Shown: positions 39,122 through 50,734, counted from the first letter of the stretch. The stretch is 64,000 nt of DNA from Candidatus Bathyarchaeia archaeon (GCA_049516875.1 JBEKSS010000004.1:32001-96000); one strand, 5' to 3'. Numbers and translations are program-made. Notes: a model not told the origin generated them from the sequence alone.

Positions 39122-40989
39122 TACTAGGGTACGCAGGCAAGTTTCTTGACATTGATCTTTCGACCCAAGCTATCAAGGAAACAAAGTTCAGCGATGAAAT
39201 CTTGAACGATTATGTAGGTGGCAGGGGATTAGCAGCAAAGATTCTCTGGGACAGGCTAGGCGCTAAATGGGAGACGGTGGACCCGTTGGGGCCTGAAAAC
39301 CTGCTTCTGCTTTTAACAGGGCCTCTCACAGGATTCTTTCCGGGAGGAAGAACCTGCGTGTCGGGCAAATCTCCACAAAGCAACGGTGTTGTAGGTTCCA
39401 CCCTTTCTGGAGAATTCGGCGTTGAGTTGAGATGCGCAGGTTACGACGGCATAATGGTGACCGGCGAATCGGAGAAGCCGGCATACCTGTTTCTCAAGGA
39501 TTCCGATGTTGAGTTGAGGAATGCAAGCGATGTCTGGGGGAAGGATGGAAAGCAAACTGTTTCAGCGCTTACCAAGGAATGCAGAGGGCTCTTGAAGACG
39601 CGTTATCCAAAGTATGGTGAATGGAAGGAACCGGCAATGTTGTACGTTGGTCCAGCAGGAGAAAACAAGGTGCGAACAGCGGTTGTCGGCTCCAAGTGGG
39701 CGCACGCTGCAGGCTATGGCGGCTATGGCGCGGTTATGGGTTCCAAAAAGCTGAAAGCAGTGGTTGCAAAGGGCACAGGACCCTTGCCAGAAGTAGCTGA
39801 CATCAAAAAGGTGAAAAAGCTCATAGAAACAGTGTGCAATGACGTCTACGAGGGAGAATTGTGGAGGCGCTGGGGAACCGGAGGCGGCGGGTACACGTTC
39901 GGAAATAAAACTAGCTCAGAACCTGTTCGTAACTGGCAGGAAGAATGGCATGACGAGAAAAGTTACGGGGTTGACAAGTTTGAGAATCGGCTCTGGATGA
40001 AACCATACTGGGGCGATTTCGGTTGCCCAACCACCTGCCTGAAACTCGCAGTTGTAAAAAATGGAAAATTCAAAGGAGCAATAACTGACAATCCCGATTA
40101 TGAAATGCAAGCGTATCTAGGCCCGAACCTGGGAATATTCACACCAGAAGAAAACGTGTTTCTCGCTTCTCTGCTTGACGACCTGGGTTTGTGCGGCATA
40201 CAAACCGGCAACGTCATGGGCTTTGCAGCTGAACTCTTCCAAGAGAAAATATTGACCAAAGAGGACTTGGGAGGCTTGGAACTCAAATGGGGCGATGCTG
40301 AAGCCTTCGCAAGCTTAGCTAAGAGAATTGCTTACAGGGAAAACATAGGGGATATATTAGCTGAAGGAACATACCGTGCTGCCTTGAAAATCGGAAAACT
40401 GAAGAAGAAAGATCTGTTGCCCTATGCCGTGCAAGTTAAAGGCATAAGCATCGGCGCGCATGGAATCCGTAGTGGGCAAGACTTCCCTGAAATCATTTCC
40501 TACGCCTGTTCCGTGCAATGCGGGGACCACACGTCCATGGCGAGCCTCCCACTCGACAGAGATGGAGAAATAATGGGAATGTTCGCCGATTCAGGAGTCT
40601 TCTGCATGTTCAACAGTTTCGGCGCAACACGAAAAATCATATTCGACTTTTACAAGGCAGTCACAGGCCTAAATCTCACGCGCAAAGAGTGGTGCTTCAC
40701 AAAGGCCCTGAGAATACTGCAACTGCAAAGGACAATGTTGCTTCTGGGCGGCCCAGACTTGAAATGGAACCCGAAAGTCCACGACGACAACCCGCCAAGA
40801 TTCTACAAACCCTTGCCAACAGGACCTTATAAAGGAAAGGCTGCTGATAAGGCGGCCGTCGAAGAGTACAAACACAGGTACTACCAGGCAGTCGGCTGGG
40901 ACAAGAACGGCGTTCCGACAGCGAAGATTCTCAGAAAACTCGGACTCAAAGACGTTGAGAAAGCGTTGAAAAGAATACGTTATGACTAG
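39118..40989 (+). CDS. Tungsten aldehyde:ferredoxin oxidoreductase family (WOR-like)
   Basis: GYAGK, GGRGLA, GYDG, GAVMGSKKLKA, PDYE, GWDKNGVP. Confidence 0.93.
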   Translation: MILGYAGKFLDIDLSTQAIKETKFSDEILNDYVGGRGLAAKILWDRLGAKWETVDPLGPENLLLLLTGPLTGFFPGGRTCVSGKSPQSNGVVGSTLSGEFGVELRCAGYDGIMVTGESEKPAYLFLKDSDVELRNASDVWGKDGKQTVSALTKECRGLLKTRYPKYGEWKEPAMLYVGPAGENKVRTAVVGSKWAHAAGYGGYGAVMGSKKLKAVVAKGTGPLPEVADIKKVKKLIETVCNDVYEGELWRRWGTGGGGYTFGNKTSSEPVRNWQEEWHDEKSYGVDKFENRLWMKPYWGDFGCPTTCLKLAVVKNGKFKGAITDNPDYEMQAYLGPNLGIFTPEENVFLASLLDDLGLCGIQTGNVMGFAAELFQEKILTKEDLGGLELKWGDAEAFASLAKRIAYRENIGDILAEGTYRAALKIGKLKKKDLLPYAVQVKGISIGAHGIRSGQDFPEIISYACSVQCGDHTSMASLPLDRDGEIMGMFADSGVFCMFNSFGATRKIIFDFYKAVTGLNLTRKEWCFTKALRILQLQRTMLLLGGPDLKWNPKVHDDNPPRFYKPLPTGPYKGKAADKAAVEEYKHRYYQAVGWDKNGVPTAKILRKLGLKDVEKALKRIRYD

Positions 40990-42188
40990 ATTATGCGCAG
41001 CTCTTTCCCGATCTTTTCGAATACGCCAATCGCAAAATCCAAGTCCTTCCGTGTTAAAGCAGCGTTCATTATGGTCCGTATCCTTGCTCTGTCCCTTGCA
41101 ACCATTGGAAACACAATAGGCAAAGCAAACACGCCTTCCTCGAAAAGCCGTGCACTCAGCTTCTTGGCGACGCCACTTTCACCGACTATGATGGGTGTGA
41201 TGGGTGTCTGACTGTTTCCTGTGTTGAATCCCAGGTCCTTCATTGCCTTCTTGAAGTATCTGGTGTGATCCCACAGTGTTTTGACGTGCTGCGGTTCACT
41301 TTCCAGAACGTCAATTGCCGCTATGCATGCAGCGGCGACTGCTGGAGGGTGCGACCCGCTGAGGAGCCAGGTTCGGGACTTGTTGTAGGCAAAGTTGAAC
41401 ATGTCTCTGGAGCCAGAAACGTGGCCGCCGACCACACCAAAAGCTTTTGAGAAGGTGCCCATCTCCACGTGAACCTTGTCGCGGCCGAGCTTGAAATGTG
41501 AGACTATGCCCCTGCCTCCCTCGCCCAGGACGCCTTCACCATGGGCATCATCCACAAAAACCATTGCACCATGCTCCGCACCAAGCTTGGCTATTTCGTC
41601 TAGAGGTGCGATGTCGCCGTCCATTGAGAAGACGCCGTCTGTGATTATCAAGATCCGCCTGTAGGGTGGCGAATGTTTCTCAGCATCTTCCAAGACACGT
41701 TGCAAATCCTGCGGGTCAGAATGCTTGTAGACCGCTCTTTCAGCGTGGGCCAGTCGAACACCGTCGATTATGCTGCCGTGGTTAAGCTCGTCACTTATTA
41801 TCAAATCCTCTTTGCCAACCAATTGAGGAATCAAACCCGCGTTTGCGGCAAAACCAGTCTGGTAGACCAGCGAAGCTTCTGCATGCTTGAAACTTGCAAG
41901 TCTCTTTTCAAGCTCGATATGAATATCCATTGTTCCGGCTATGGGACGAACTGAACCGGAGCCGGCCCCGTGAGTTTGAACTGCCTTTATCGCAGCTTCT
42001 TTCAATCGCGGGTGGTTGCTCAGGCCAAGGTAGTTGTTGGAGCAAAACATGAGAACCTTTTTCCCATCAACATTGCACCATGGTGAACTTGGACCTTGAA
42101 GAACTCTGATTTTCCAGTCAAGCGCGTTCTTCACCAGATCCTGATACTCTTCCCGCAAAAAAGTTGTGGGATCGCGCATTTTCACCAT
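40986..42188 (-). CDS. kbl: Glycine C-acetyltransferase (2-amino-3-ketobutyrate CoA ligase)
   Basis: CSNNYLGL, DELNHGSIIDG, TDGVFSMDGD, VDDAHG, TFSKAFG; adjacent to the SDR-type tdh. Confidence 0.88.
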   Translation of the reverse strand: MVKMRDPTTFLREEYQDLVKNALDWKIRVLQGPSSPWCNVDGKKVLMFCSNNYLGLSNHPRLKEAAIKAVQTHGAGSGSVRPIAGTMDIHIELEKRLASFKHAEASLVYQTGFAANAGLIPQLVGKEDLIISDELNHGSIIDGVRLAHAERAVYKHSDPQDLQRVLEDAEKHSPPYRRILIITDGVFSMDGDIAPLDEIAKLGAEHGAMVFVDDAHGEGVLGEGGRGIVSHFKLGRDKVHVEMGTFSKAFGVVGGHVSGSRDMFNFAYNKSRTWLLSGSHPPAVAAACIAAIDVLESEPQHVKTLWDHTRYFKKAMKDLGFNTGNSQTPITPIIVGESGVAKKLSARLFEEGVFALPIVFPMVARDRARIRTIMNAALTRKDLDFAIGVFEKIGKELRII

Positions 42189-42234
42189 GCCTCTTTTCCC
42201 TAGTTTGGCACTCCTTCTCTTAACTCTTTCTAGC

Positions 42235-43224
42235 CTAACCGAACCCTAACAGCTTTCCTTCGGCGAAGCGTTTCGACAGTTTCTGTATCATATCCTTGGT
42301 CATCGTGGTCAGGTCATACTTTGGTTTCCAACCCCACTCTTTGCGAGCCACGCTGTCGTCAATTGACATGGGCCAAGAATCCGCGATTTTCTGTCTGAAG
42401 TCAGGCTTGTATTCGCATCTGAACTCCGGGATGTACTTCTTGATTTCAGCAGCGAGCTCGCCTGCCGAGAAACTGATTCCAGTCACGTTGTAGCCGTCAT
42501 GATGCTTAATCCGAGACGGGTCAGTCTCCATCAAATCCATGGTTGCTTTGATACAGTCCGGCATGTACATCATCGGCAGAACTGTATTCTCTCTCACAAA
42601 ACACGTGTACTGCTTTTTCTTGATGGCCTCGTAGAACATGGCCACCGCGTAGTCCGTCGTTCCGCCACCTGGAAGAACTTCAGTGCTTATTATGCCCGGA
42701 TACCTGACGCTTCGAACGTCTACACCGAACCGGTGGAAATAATAATTGCACAGAAGCTCACCTGCAACCTTGGTGACCCCGTACATGGTTCCAGGAATCA
42801 AGATGGTTTCCTGAGGAGTGTTAACGCGGGGGGCTGGTGGACTGAAAACTGCGATGGAACTCGGCCAAAACACCTTGGCCAGGCTGTGCTCCCTTGCAAT
42901 TTCAAGCACATTATAAAGACTGCCCATGTTCACGTTCCAGGCAAGCTGTGGGTTCTGCTCACCTGTAGCTGAGAGAACTGCTGCCAGATGGTAGATCGTG
43001 TCAATGTCATACCTTTTCACTGCCTTTTCAAGGTCAGCTTTTTCATTCAAGTCGATGAATTCGATTGGGCCTGACTTGAGCAGCTTCTCACTGGGCTTCT
43101 TGGTGTGTCCTACCGCAACGACGTTGTCTCCGCCGTACTTGTTCCGCAACTCTAGCGTTAACTCTGAGCCAATCTGGCCCGTGGCGCCAGTCACCATTAT
43201 CTTGTTCGTCCTTTTCGCCGGCAT
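42235..43224 (-). CDS. tdh: SDR-type L-threonine 3-dehydrogenase
   Basis: GATGQIG, LSATGE, PSSIAVF, YGVTK, PGGGTTDYA, IADSWP. Confidence 0.88.
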   Translation of the reverse strand: MPAKRTNKIMVTGATGQIGSELTLELRNKYGGDNVVAVGHTKKPSEKLLKSGPIEFIDLNEKADLEKAVKRYDIDTIYHLAAVLSATGEQNPQLAWNVNMGSLYNVLEIAREHSLAKVFWPSSIAVFSPPAPRVNTPQETILIPGTMYGVTKVAGELLCNYYFHRFGVDVRSVRYPGIISTEVLPGGGTTDYAVAMFYEAIKKKQYTCFVRENTVLPMMYMPDCIKATMDLMETDPSRIKHHDGYNVTGISFSAGELAAEIKKYIPEFRCEYKPDFRQKIADSWPMSIDDSVARKEWGWKPKYDLTTMTKDMIQKLSKRFAEGKLLGFG

Positions 43225-43432
43225 TCTACAGCCTCTTCTATTGCCTGCAAGCGTTTAGAATTTTGGCATATAAGAATTTTCAGACGAAAAAGCCGTTTTC
43301 ACGTCACTTTTGTGTGTGCAGTCGTATCTTAGTTCCAAGCTTCTCAGACATTTCTTCCAAACGTTTTCAAAATGCGCTTGTTTTGTGAAAATGGTTTATA
43401 CCTCACGCAGCAAATCTCATCATCGACAAATC

Positions 43433-44551
43433 ATGAGGTTAGGCTTGATTGTCAACCCCATCGCTGGAATGGGAGGCAAAGTCGGCCTGAAAGGAACAGA
43501 CAATGTCTTAGAAGAAGCGTTGGATAGAGGAGCACAGCCAGTAGCGCCAACAAGAGCGGCAGAATTTCTGAAGAAGCTTAAGGAGAACTTGGCAGAGGCG
43601 CCAATTGAGATTCTAACTTGCCCCGGAATCATGGGTGAAAAAGAAGCAGAAGTGGCAGGTTTTCCCGTTCAGACTCTGCCCATGAAGATTGGCAGGAAAA
43701 CATCTGCTGAAGACACGAAGATGGCAGTGGAGCTTTTGATAGGGGCAAACGCGGATTTGATAGTTTTTGTCGGAGGGGACGGTACAGCCAAAGACATTTT
43801 CGACGCACAGCAAGGCTGCAAAGAGACACCGGTTCTAGGCGTCCCCTCCGGGGTGAAGATGTACAGCGGCGTTTTTGCAGTGAGCCCTGCAGACGCTGTG
43901 GACGTAGTCTTGGCCTTCGTACAGAAAGAAGCGGAAATAACCGAGTTTGAAATCATGGACTCTGATGAAAAGGCGATACGAAATGATTCCTTTGCCGTGA
44001 AGCTCCATGGTTACATGAAGGGACCTTTTCTTCCGGCTCGCATTCAGGGAAGCAAACAGATAAGCCCAGAAACAATAGACGAAAAAGACAATCAAACGGC
44101 AACAGCGAAATTCATAATAGAAGAAAGACAGCCAGAGGCAACGTGGATTCTTGGCCCAGGAACGACCGTCAAACGCGTTGCAGAACTGCTCGGTATCGAA
44201 AAGACAGTTCTTGGCGTAGACATATACAAAGATGGCAGGGTGATTCTTGACGTGAGTGAGGAAAAAATTCTAGAAGAAGTGAACAACTGGCAGAGCACTT
44301 GGATTGTTGTCTCGCCCATAGGGCATCAGGGAATAATTCTGGGAAGAGGAAACCAACAGATAAGCCCAGAAATCATAAAACGCGTTGGAAAACAGCGAAT
44401 ACTAGTCGTAGCAACCAAGAGCAAGCTTGAAAACATGGAAGAAAAGGTTTTGAGGGTCGACACTGGCGACACAGAGGCAGATAAGATGCTAAGGGGATAC
44501 ATCAGAGTCATTACAGACTACAGAGAATGGCGTCTCATGCCCGTCCAGTAA
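43433..44551 (+). CDS. ATP-NAD kinase family protein
   Basis: VNPIAGMGG.VGLKGTD, GGDGT, GVKMYSG, GRGNQQISP. Confidence 0.9.
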   Translation: MRLGLIVNPIAGMGGKVGLKGTDNVLEEALDRGAQPVAPTRAAEFLKKLKENLAEAPIEILTCPGIMGEKEAEVAGFPVQTLPMKIGRKTSAEDTKMAVELLIGANADLIVFVGGDGTAKDIFDAQQGCKETPVLGVPSGVKMYSGVFAVSPADAVDVVLAFVQKEAEITEFEIMDSDEKAIRNDSFAVKLHGYMKGPFLPARIQGSKQISPETIDEKDNQTATAKFIIEERQPEATWILGPGTTVKRVAELLGIEKTVLGVDIYKDGRVILDVSEEKILEEVNNWQSTWIVVSPIGHQGIILGRGNQQISPEIIKRVGKQRILVVATKSKLENMEEKVLRVDTGDTEADKMLRGYIRVITDYREWRLMPVQ

Positions 44552-44553
44552 GG

Positions 44554-45810
44554 TCAGGCTCCAAACTTCCTGGTTTTCTCAAGCAAATCCATTAGGGTAG
44601 GCATCAAATCCGCGCCTCTTATCCTGTTCAAGCCCCCTCTGGCGCAAGACCTTTCGCCGAATTCGGCAACGCCATCCCTGCGAACGTACGGCCCGCTAAT
44701 TACCACAGGAACAGGGTCTCCCTCATGGTTTCCGGTCACGCACGAAGTAGTGTGATCAGCAGTCACAGCCAAATAAGTGGAATCCAAAACTACGTGGTCA
44801 AGTATGAAGCGAAGCATCTCATCAACCTTTTGCACCACTTCAATTTTCAGCTTGATGTTTCCATCATGGCTAGCAACATCCGTGGCTTTCACGTGCAGCA
44901 ACACAAAATCGTTAGTTCTCAGTGCTTCAACAGCCGCCTTGGCTTTGGCCATGTAATTGGTTTGAGGCGTGCCAGTTGCGCCTTTGACATTTATCAACTT
45001 CATCCCAGCGACCCTGCAGACTCCGCGGATCAAAGGTACCGCAGCTATACATGCAGCTTTGATTCCAAACGCTTCAGAAAGGGGAGTTATCTTCGGAATA
45101 GTGCCTGCACCTCTGCACAAAACCATGTTTGCTACAGGCAGCTTGTGGGCGGCACGTTTCTTGTTGACCGGATGTTCCTTCAAAACCTTGTGAAACTCTT
45201 GCATCAGCTCATTGACAATCCTAGCTGTACGCCTGGCTTCAGGAAGACCACTCAGAGGCTTCACTTCCAAAACAGGTTTTCCCGCCACCTCTGGGTCCGA
45301 ATCACTGATGGCCGTTGATAGGCTGTGCCCGCGAATAACCAAGGCGGCTCGATGCTGAACAGTGTTTTTGAAAAAAAATCCAACATTGAGAGACTTCCTA
45401 AGCTTGACATTCTGCAGACTTTCAGCCAATTTCGCCGCATCCTCATTCGCTATTCTGCCAGCTCTTCTGTCCAGAACCACAAAGTTCTTGTCCACAGTTG
45501 CAAAATTACATCTAAAAGCAACGTCCCCAGGCAGAACCTCCACACCGGAACCCACAGCTTCCAAAGCACCTCGACCAGAATAAACTTTCAAGGAGTCATA
45601 TCCAAGCAAGGCAAGAGTGGAAGCGTCACTCCCCGGAGGTATTCCAGGGGCTATAGGATCAAGTATGCCACTGACACCCTTTTTGGCTAACTGATTCAAC
45701 GCCGGCTTACGGGCTGCTTCCAAAGGAGTTTTCCAATCAAGCTCCCTAATCGGCCTATCAGCCATTCCATCCACAATAACTAATATTGCCTTCAAATTCA
45801 TCCTTACCAT
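44554..45810 (-). CDS. apgM: 2,3-BPG-independent phosphoglycerate mutase
   Basis: DGMAD, KTPLE, PGSD, GRGALEA, DVASHDG, TADHTT. Confidence 0.93.
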   Translation of the reverse strand: MVRMNLKAILVIVDGMADRPIRELDWKTPLEAARKPALNQLAKKGVSGILDPIAPGIPPGSDASTLALLGYDSLKVYSGRGALEAVGSGVEVLPGDVAFRCNFATVDKNFVVLDRRAGRIANEDAAKLAESLQNVKLRKSLNVGFFFKNTVQHRAALVIRGHSLSTAISDSDPEVAGKPVLEVKPLSGLPEARRTARIVNELMQEFHKVLKEHPVNKKRAAHKLPVANMVLCRGAGTIPKITPLSEAFGIKAACIAAVPLIRGVCRVAGMKLINVKGATGTPQTNYMAKAKAAVEALRTNDFVLLHVKATDVASHDGNIKLKIEVVQKVDEMLRFILDHVVLDSTYLAVTADHTTSCVTGNHEGDPVPVVISGPYVRRDGVAEFGERSCARGGLNRIRGADLMPTLMDLLEKTRKFGA

Positions 45811-46060
45811 TTATGCCCTAAGAACATACTTAATTTTAGATTGCGGCGGTTAAAACACTTGCGCATTCAATGAAAAGGACACAGGGGAGAAGACAGGCAA
45901 AGAAAATGTTTAATAGATTCTCTCTGCAATTTCATAGAAAGTGGTTGAAAATGGGCGATTGCGTTCCACGTTGCTGAATTCTCGCAAAACTTGGCCCATT
46001 TCGGGAAAAACCCCGCGGCAGAATTATGTTCTACAACTAGAACACAAAGGAGAGACCCAA

Positions 46061-47524
46061 ATGCCAAAACCAGCAAGAACTAGTGAAAAAGCTATTCCAA
46101 AAGAAAAATGGAGTAGACATTTCGGCAAGTGGTTTAGAAACGTTTTGATAGAAGGAAAAATCCTTGACTACAGGTACCCAATAAAAGGATGCGCGGTCTG
46201 GCTTCCGTACGGGTTCAGAATACGAGAAAATGTCTTCTGCGTGATTCGAAACCAGTTGGACTCAACAGGGCACAGTGAAGCTCTGTTTCCGCTCCTTATT
46301 CCAGAAGCGTCCCTGCAGAAGGAAGCTGAACATGTAGAAGGGTTTGAAGCCCAAGTCTTCTGGGTCACCAAAGGCGGACAAAGACAGTTGAAACAGCATC
46401 TAGCTTTGAGGCCGACAAGTGAAACCGTCATCGGACCTATGGAGCATTTGTGGATACGCTCCCGCGCAGATTTGCCCTTGAAACTCTATCAGATAGTGAC
46501 GGTCTTCAGGTTTGAAACCAAGGCGACAAGGCCGATCCTTAGAATGCGTGAATTCGACTTCAAAGAAGCACACACAGCACATGCAACAGAAGAAGAGGCA
46601 GAAGCTGAAGTGAGAGAGGAGATAGACAATTATAGGAAAATCTTCGATGCACTGTGCGTGGCCTATTGCGTTTCCAGAAGACCGGAATGGGACAAATTCG
46701 CGGGCGCGAAGTACTCCACAGCCTTCGATATGATATGTCCTGATGGAAGAACTTTGCAGATAGGGACAGTTCATCACCTTGGACAGCACTTCTCCAAAGC
46801 TTTCGACGTCTCGTACGAAACAAAGGACGGCGGCAGGGAATATGTCTGGCAGACATGTGCCGGAATCTCAGGGAGAGGAATAGCATCAGTCCTAGTCATG
46901 CATGGCGACGACCACGGAGTAATCTTGCCTCCTAGAATCGCGCCGATACAGGTAATAGTCATCCCGATTCCGTACAAGGGTAAAGCAGAGCTTGTGAACA
47001 AAGAGTGCTTAGAAGCTGCGCAAGGACTGAGAAAGAAAGGGTTCAGAGTTGAAGTTGACATAAGAGAGGGCATCACGCCAGGATCAAAATACTTCGAATG
47101 GGAATTGAGAGGCGTCCCAATCCGCGTTGAAATTGGTCCTAGGGACATTGAAAAAGGAGAAGCCACGGTCGTTAGAAGAGACACCTTAGAAAAGCAAACG
47201 TGCAGGCGAAGCGATCTCGCAGAATTCCTCACAAAGATCGCAGAAAGAATCACTGAAGACGTGAGACAAAGAGCTTGGCAATGGACAAGGCAACACGTTC
47301 ACAGCACCGACAAGCTGGAAGAAGCAAAGAGGCTCCTGGAGAAACATACTGGAATAGTTGAAGTGCGATGGTGTGGCAAGACAGAGTGCGGACATAGGCT
47401 GGAAGAGGTTACCAGCGCGCGGGTCCTGGGCACTCCAGAGGATACTGAGCAAAAAGTTGATGGGAAATGCATAATCTGCGGTGAGAAAGCAAAGTCAATA
47501 GTCAGAGCCGCGATAGCATACTGA
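46061..47524 (+). CDS. proS: Prolyl-tRNA synthetase (archaeal type)
   Basis: [28 protein letters not shown]-terminal Zn domain ending AIAY. Confidence 0.96.
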   Translation: MPKPARTSEKAIPKEKWSRHFGKWFRNVLIEGKILDYRYPIKGCAVWLPYGFRIRENVFCVIRNQLDSTGHSEALFPLLIPEASLQKEAEHVEGFEAQVFWVTKGGQRQLKQHLALRPTSETVIGPMEHLWIRSRADLPLKLYQIVTVFRFETKATRPILRMREFDFKEAHTAHATEEEAEAEVREEIDNYRKIFDALCVAYCVSRRPEWDKFAGAKYSTAFDMICPDGRTLQIGTVHHLGQHFSKAFDVSYETKDGGREYVWQTCAGISGRGIASVLVMHGDDHGVILPPRIAPIQVIVIPIPYKGKAELVNKECLEAAQGLRKKGFRVEVDIREGITPGSKYFEWELRGVPIRVEIGPRDIEKGEATVVRRDTLEKQTCRRSDLAEFLTKIAERITEDVRQRAWQWTRQHVHSTDKLEEAKRLLEKHTGIVEVRWCGKTECGHRLEEVTSARVLGTPEDTEQKVDGKCIICGEKAKSIVRAAIAY

Positions 47525-47538
47525 GCATCATGTCTTTT

Positions 47539-49374
47539 TCACTCCACAAGTTTTACGTGTTTTCTAAGCTCCTGTACGACATCCTTCAGACCGAGTTTTG
47601 ACAAAGTCAATTTCTTGGGTATCCCGCGTCCATCCCAGCCTCTTTTCCGATAGTAATTCTGTAACATACTGTCGTATTTGGCTCTGTCGAGTTTCATTCC
47701 TTTCAGCGGGCCCTTAGACAAGGGTTCCTCAAACCACCTGTCAGCTGGAAAATCCATCTCGGCACTCCATTTTTTACCGAACTCGCGAATCCAGAAGGCT
47801 CTTGTCAAGTTGAAAACTCTGTCAGCGATAACGTTCAAGTCTTCCCATGACATTTCCATGCCTGTTGCTGCGTGTAGAAGTTTCGTATACCAATCGAGCT
47901 CAAGGCCTACTTCAATCCATGGAAATCTGCAGACTGTCAAACACTCGAAAACGCCTCCACGGATGCGTTGCAGCTCGATGACTTTGTCGACTTTTTCGAC
48001 TGTGTAGCCTTTCCGTCCGGTTTTTACTTCCCAAGAAATCACCCACGCATCCTTATGATGAGCCCCTATTGAACAGGTTCCGTAAGCCAGTGCCATTGCA
48101 GGCGTCGTGTGGCAGTCATACGCTGAAACTTCTAAGCCCTTGACATGCATTGCCCAGCGATTTGAGTCCTGACCTATTTCCTCAGAAGCTGAATAGACGC
48201 CGTCTGCCAAGAGGTTACCCAGACCCTCTTGTCTGTATGCTATTTCTTTAATCAGTGCTTTTGCCGCTTTGAATCTTCCCCAAGGAATCTTCTCGTCAAT
48301 GAGCCCCTTTTCAGAGGCTTCCATCGCAAAGCCAAGAACGTTGCCCAAAGAAATCGTGTCCAAGCCATATTCGTCCGCGACTCTGTTGAGAGCTGCCACT
48401 TGCTTCAGGTTACCCAGTCCAATGTTTGAACCCAGCATTGCAACGTTCTCGTAATCAAGCTCTGACTCTTTTCTGTCAGAGTCTTTGACGATGTTGCCGC
48501 ATGTCATGTTGCATTGGGGACAGCCGCGATTGGAGACCTTTATTTTTTCCATAGCAAAGCCGCCTATGGCTTCTGCTTTCTCAAAGACTCCTTCGCTGTA
48601 GTTGTATGCTGGAAGCACGCTGTTTTCTTGGCTCCATTCGATTGTGCTCATGGTGCCTTGACGTTTCCAGAAAGCATAGTTGGGTTTGGTCAAGACTTCT
48701 CGGTAAGCCTCGGTGCCCAACTCTTGCATTTCTTTAGGATAGGCAGCCTGCAGATCATGGGAGCCTTTGAAGACAACCGCTTTCAGTACCTTGGATCCCA
48801 TGACCGCGCCCATTCCGGGTCTGCCGCCGGAACGGCCCTCTTGTGAAACGATTGTTGCGTATCTCACGAGATTTTCTCCCGCTTGGCCGATGCAGAGAAT
48901 GCCCGCGTTGCGTCCATAGATGCTGCTAAGTCTTCTCTCAGTTTCAAAGGAGTTCAAGTCCCAAAGATCTTCTGCATCAAGGAATTCGGTGGACTCGTCT
49001 CGAACAACTAGAAACATCGGCTTCTTGGCCCTGCCTTCGACGATTACAGCGTCATAACCAGCCCTACGCATTTGGACAGCAGCAAGAGTGCCGATGTTTC
49101 CGTCTCCGTAACCGCCGGTCAGTGGACTCTTGGATGCTACAACGAGCTTGCCGCTGCTTGGCAATGAAAAACCCGTCAACGGGCCAGCTGCGAAGACAAG
49201 TTTGTTCTCAGGCGAAAAGGGATCGATTCCTTGTTTCAGTTCGTCCCAAAGAATCTTGGCTGCGAACCCTCTGCCGCCGAGAAAGCAGCGCGCCACACTT
49301 GCCTCATAAGCGTCTGCGACTGCCTTACGCTTGCTTAGGTTCACGTGTAAGAACTTGCCGGTCCATCCGAACAT
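47539..49374 (-). CDS. Aldehyde:ferredoxin oxidoreductase family
   Basis: GWTGK, GGRGF, GRPGMGAVMGSK, C..CNMTC, LDYE, GLDTIS, RGWD..GIP. Confidence 0.93.
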   Translation of the reverse strand: MFGWTGKFLHVNLSKRKAVADAYEASVARCFLGGRGFAAKILWDELKQGIDPFSPENKLVFAAGPLTGFSLPSSGKLVVASKSPLTGGYGDGNIGTLAAVQMRRAGYDAVIVEGRAKKPMFLVVRDESTEFLDAEDLWDLNSFETERRLSSIYGRNAGILCIGQAGENLVRYATIVSQEGRSGGRPGMGAVMGSKVLKAVVFKGSHDLQAAYPKEMQELGTEAYREVLTKPNYAFWKRQGTMSTIEWSQENSVLPAYNYSEGVFEKAEAIGGFAMEKIKVSNRGCPQCNMTCGNIVKDSDRKESELDYENVAMLGSNIGLGNLKQVAALNRVADEYGLDTISLGNVLGFAMEASEKGLIDEKIPWGRFKAAKALIKEIAYRQEGLGNLLADGVYSASEEIGQDSNRWAMHVKGLEVSAYDCHTTPAMALAYGTCSIGAHHKDAWVISWEVKTGRKGYTVEKVDKVIELQRIRGGVFECLTVCRFPWIEVGLELDWYTKLLHAATGMEMSWEDLNVIADRVFNLTRAFWIREFGKKWSAEMDFPADRWFEEPLSKGPLKGMKLDRAKYDSMLQNYYRKRGWDGRGIPKKLTLSKLGLKDVVQELRKHVKLVE

Positions 49375-49447
49375 GTCGATAACCCGCCCTAGAATGAGTG
49401 TGTAATAATTCTATCTGAAAGTAGATAAATCTAATTGTGCGTGAAAG

Positions 49448-50734
49448 CTATATTACGAGCCTTTCAGGTTCGACGCTTCTTTTTTTCAGGCCTAAGTCGC
49501 TCACTCGGAATTTTCTTTCTCCGTACAGCAGGGCGTGTTCTTCGTCTTTGTAGAGTGCTGCGGCAATTCTTCCGATTGAATCAGCCTTTAATATGCCGCT
49601 TCCACTTGCACCCCCAACAACCATCAGATCGTTTTCTTCGAAGATTACTGGTTGCCCGTCGAGGCTGTTGATTTCATATAATCCGGCAAAGGCTGAAAAA
49701 GGTTGGCAATCTTTAAACTGTGGGAAGTATTTAACCATGACTTGGTACAGGCCATACTTGTAGTAGTTCTCCTCAGGTTCAGGTTCTTCTTCAATCTTGA
49801 ATGCTCTTGGAAATTCGTCAGCGTACGCCAGCCATAGGGCATCTTCTTCGGGGGCGGGTCGAATGTAAGCTGAAGGTTTAGGAAGAATCGTGAACGGTAA
49901 GCATCCAGTGTTTGTGAATTCCTTTGATAGCAACAGCTTTTTCAGTCCCTCAGTTCTTGCTTTAATCGAGAAGACTTGCCGCTTCTTGGCCTTGATAAAG
50001 CATTCAATTCCGACGGGGTCCAGAAGCTGCGAAGCCCAAGCTCCAGCTGCGATTATTGTCTTCTTCGCTCTTATCGGGCCTCTACTGCTTTTGACCCCCG
50101 TGATTGTTGCGTCCTGCCAGAAGTAAGGTTCACCGGGCATTCCTAAGGGCTGACGAGGTTCAACAACAACTTCCTTCACGTCAGTGTTGTACTGAATCTT
50201 TCCTCCAAGCTTCAGAAACTCTGACTCGTAAAACTTCACGAGAGAGTCAACGTCAATTAGACCCGCCTTCGGAATCAGTATTCCCTCGTAGACATTTCCC
50301 AGACCCATCATTTTTGCCTCTTCGTCATCCACAAAACTTGTTCTCATCTCAAGCTTTTTGGCCAATTCAGCCTCATCGTATTCTTTGTATTGGAAACCTC
50401 TGGCGCCCAGTTCCTTCAGAACCGGGAGCATTTTGCGGTAGCCATCCTCGTCAAAGAACCACAAGTAACCGGCCCATCGCAGTTTCAAATCCACATGCAA
50501 ATCATTCTGGACATGTTTATAGAATTCAGCGGAAGAATCTGCTAGGGCAAAGTTTGTGCGAGAAGCAAAAAGACAGCGAAATGCGGCGGCGCTCTTCGCC
50601 GTGCTGCCTTGACCAGCGGCACCTCTCTTGTCGACAACTAGGATGTTCAGGTCAGGATTTCGGGTCTTCAGGTGATAGGCTGTTGCCAAACCCAGAATTC
50701 CTGCACCCACTGTGATCACGTCGTATTCTGCCAT
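49448..50734 (-). CDS. FAD-dependent oxidoreductase (DAO/proline dehydrogenase beta-like)
   Basis: VGAGILG, GSTAKS, AGLY, SGSGILKAD. Confidence 0.88.
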   Translation of the reverse strand: MAEYDVITVGAGILGLATAYHLKTRNPDLNILVVDKRGAAGQGSTAKSAAAFRCLFASRTNFALADSSAEFYKHVQNDLHVDLKLRWAGYLWFFDEDGYRKMLPVLKELGARGFQYKEYDEAELAKKLEMRTSFVDDEEAKMMGLGNVYEGILIPKAGLIDVDSLVKFYESEFLKLGGKIQYNTDVKEVVVEPRQPLGMPGEPYFWQDATITGVKSSRGPIRAKKTIIAAGAWASQLLDPVGIECFIKAKKRQVFSIKARTEGLKKLLLSKEFTNTGCLPFTILPKPSAYIRPAPEEDALWLAYADEFPRAFKIEEEPEPEENYYKYGLYQVMVKYFPQFKDCQPFSAFAGLYEINSLDGQPVIFEENDLMVVGGASGSGILKADSIGRIAAALYKDEEHALLYGERKFRVSDLGLKKRSVEPERLVI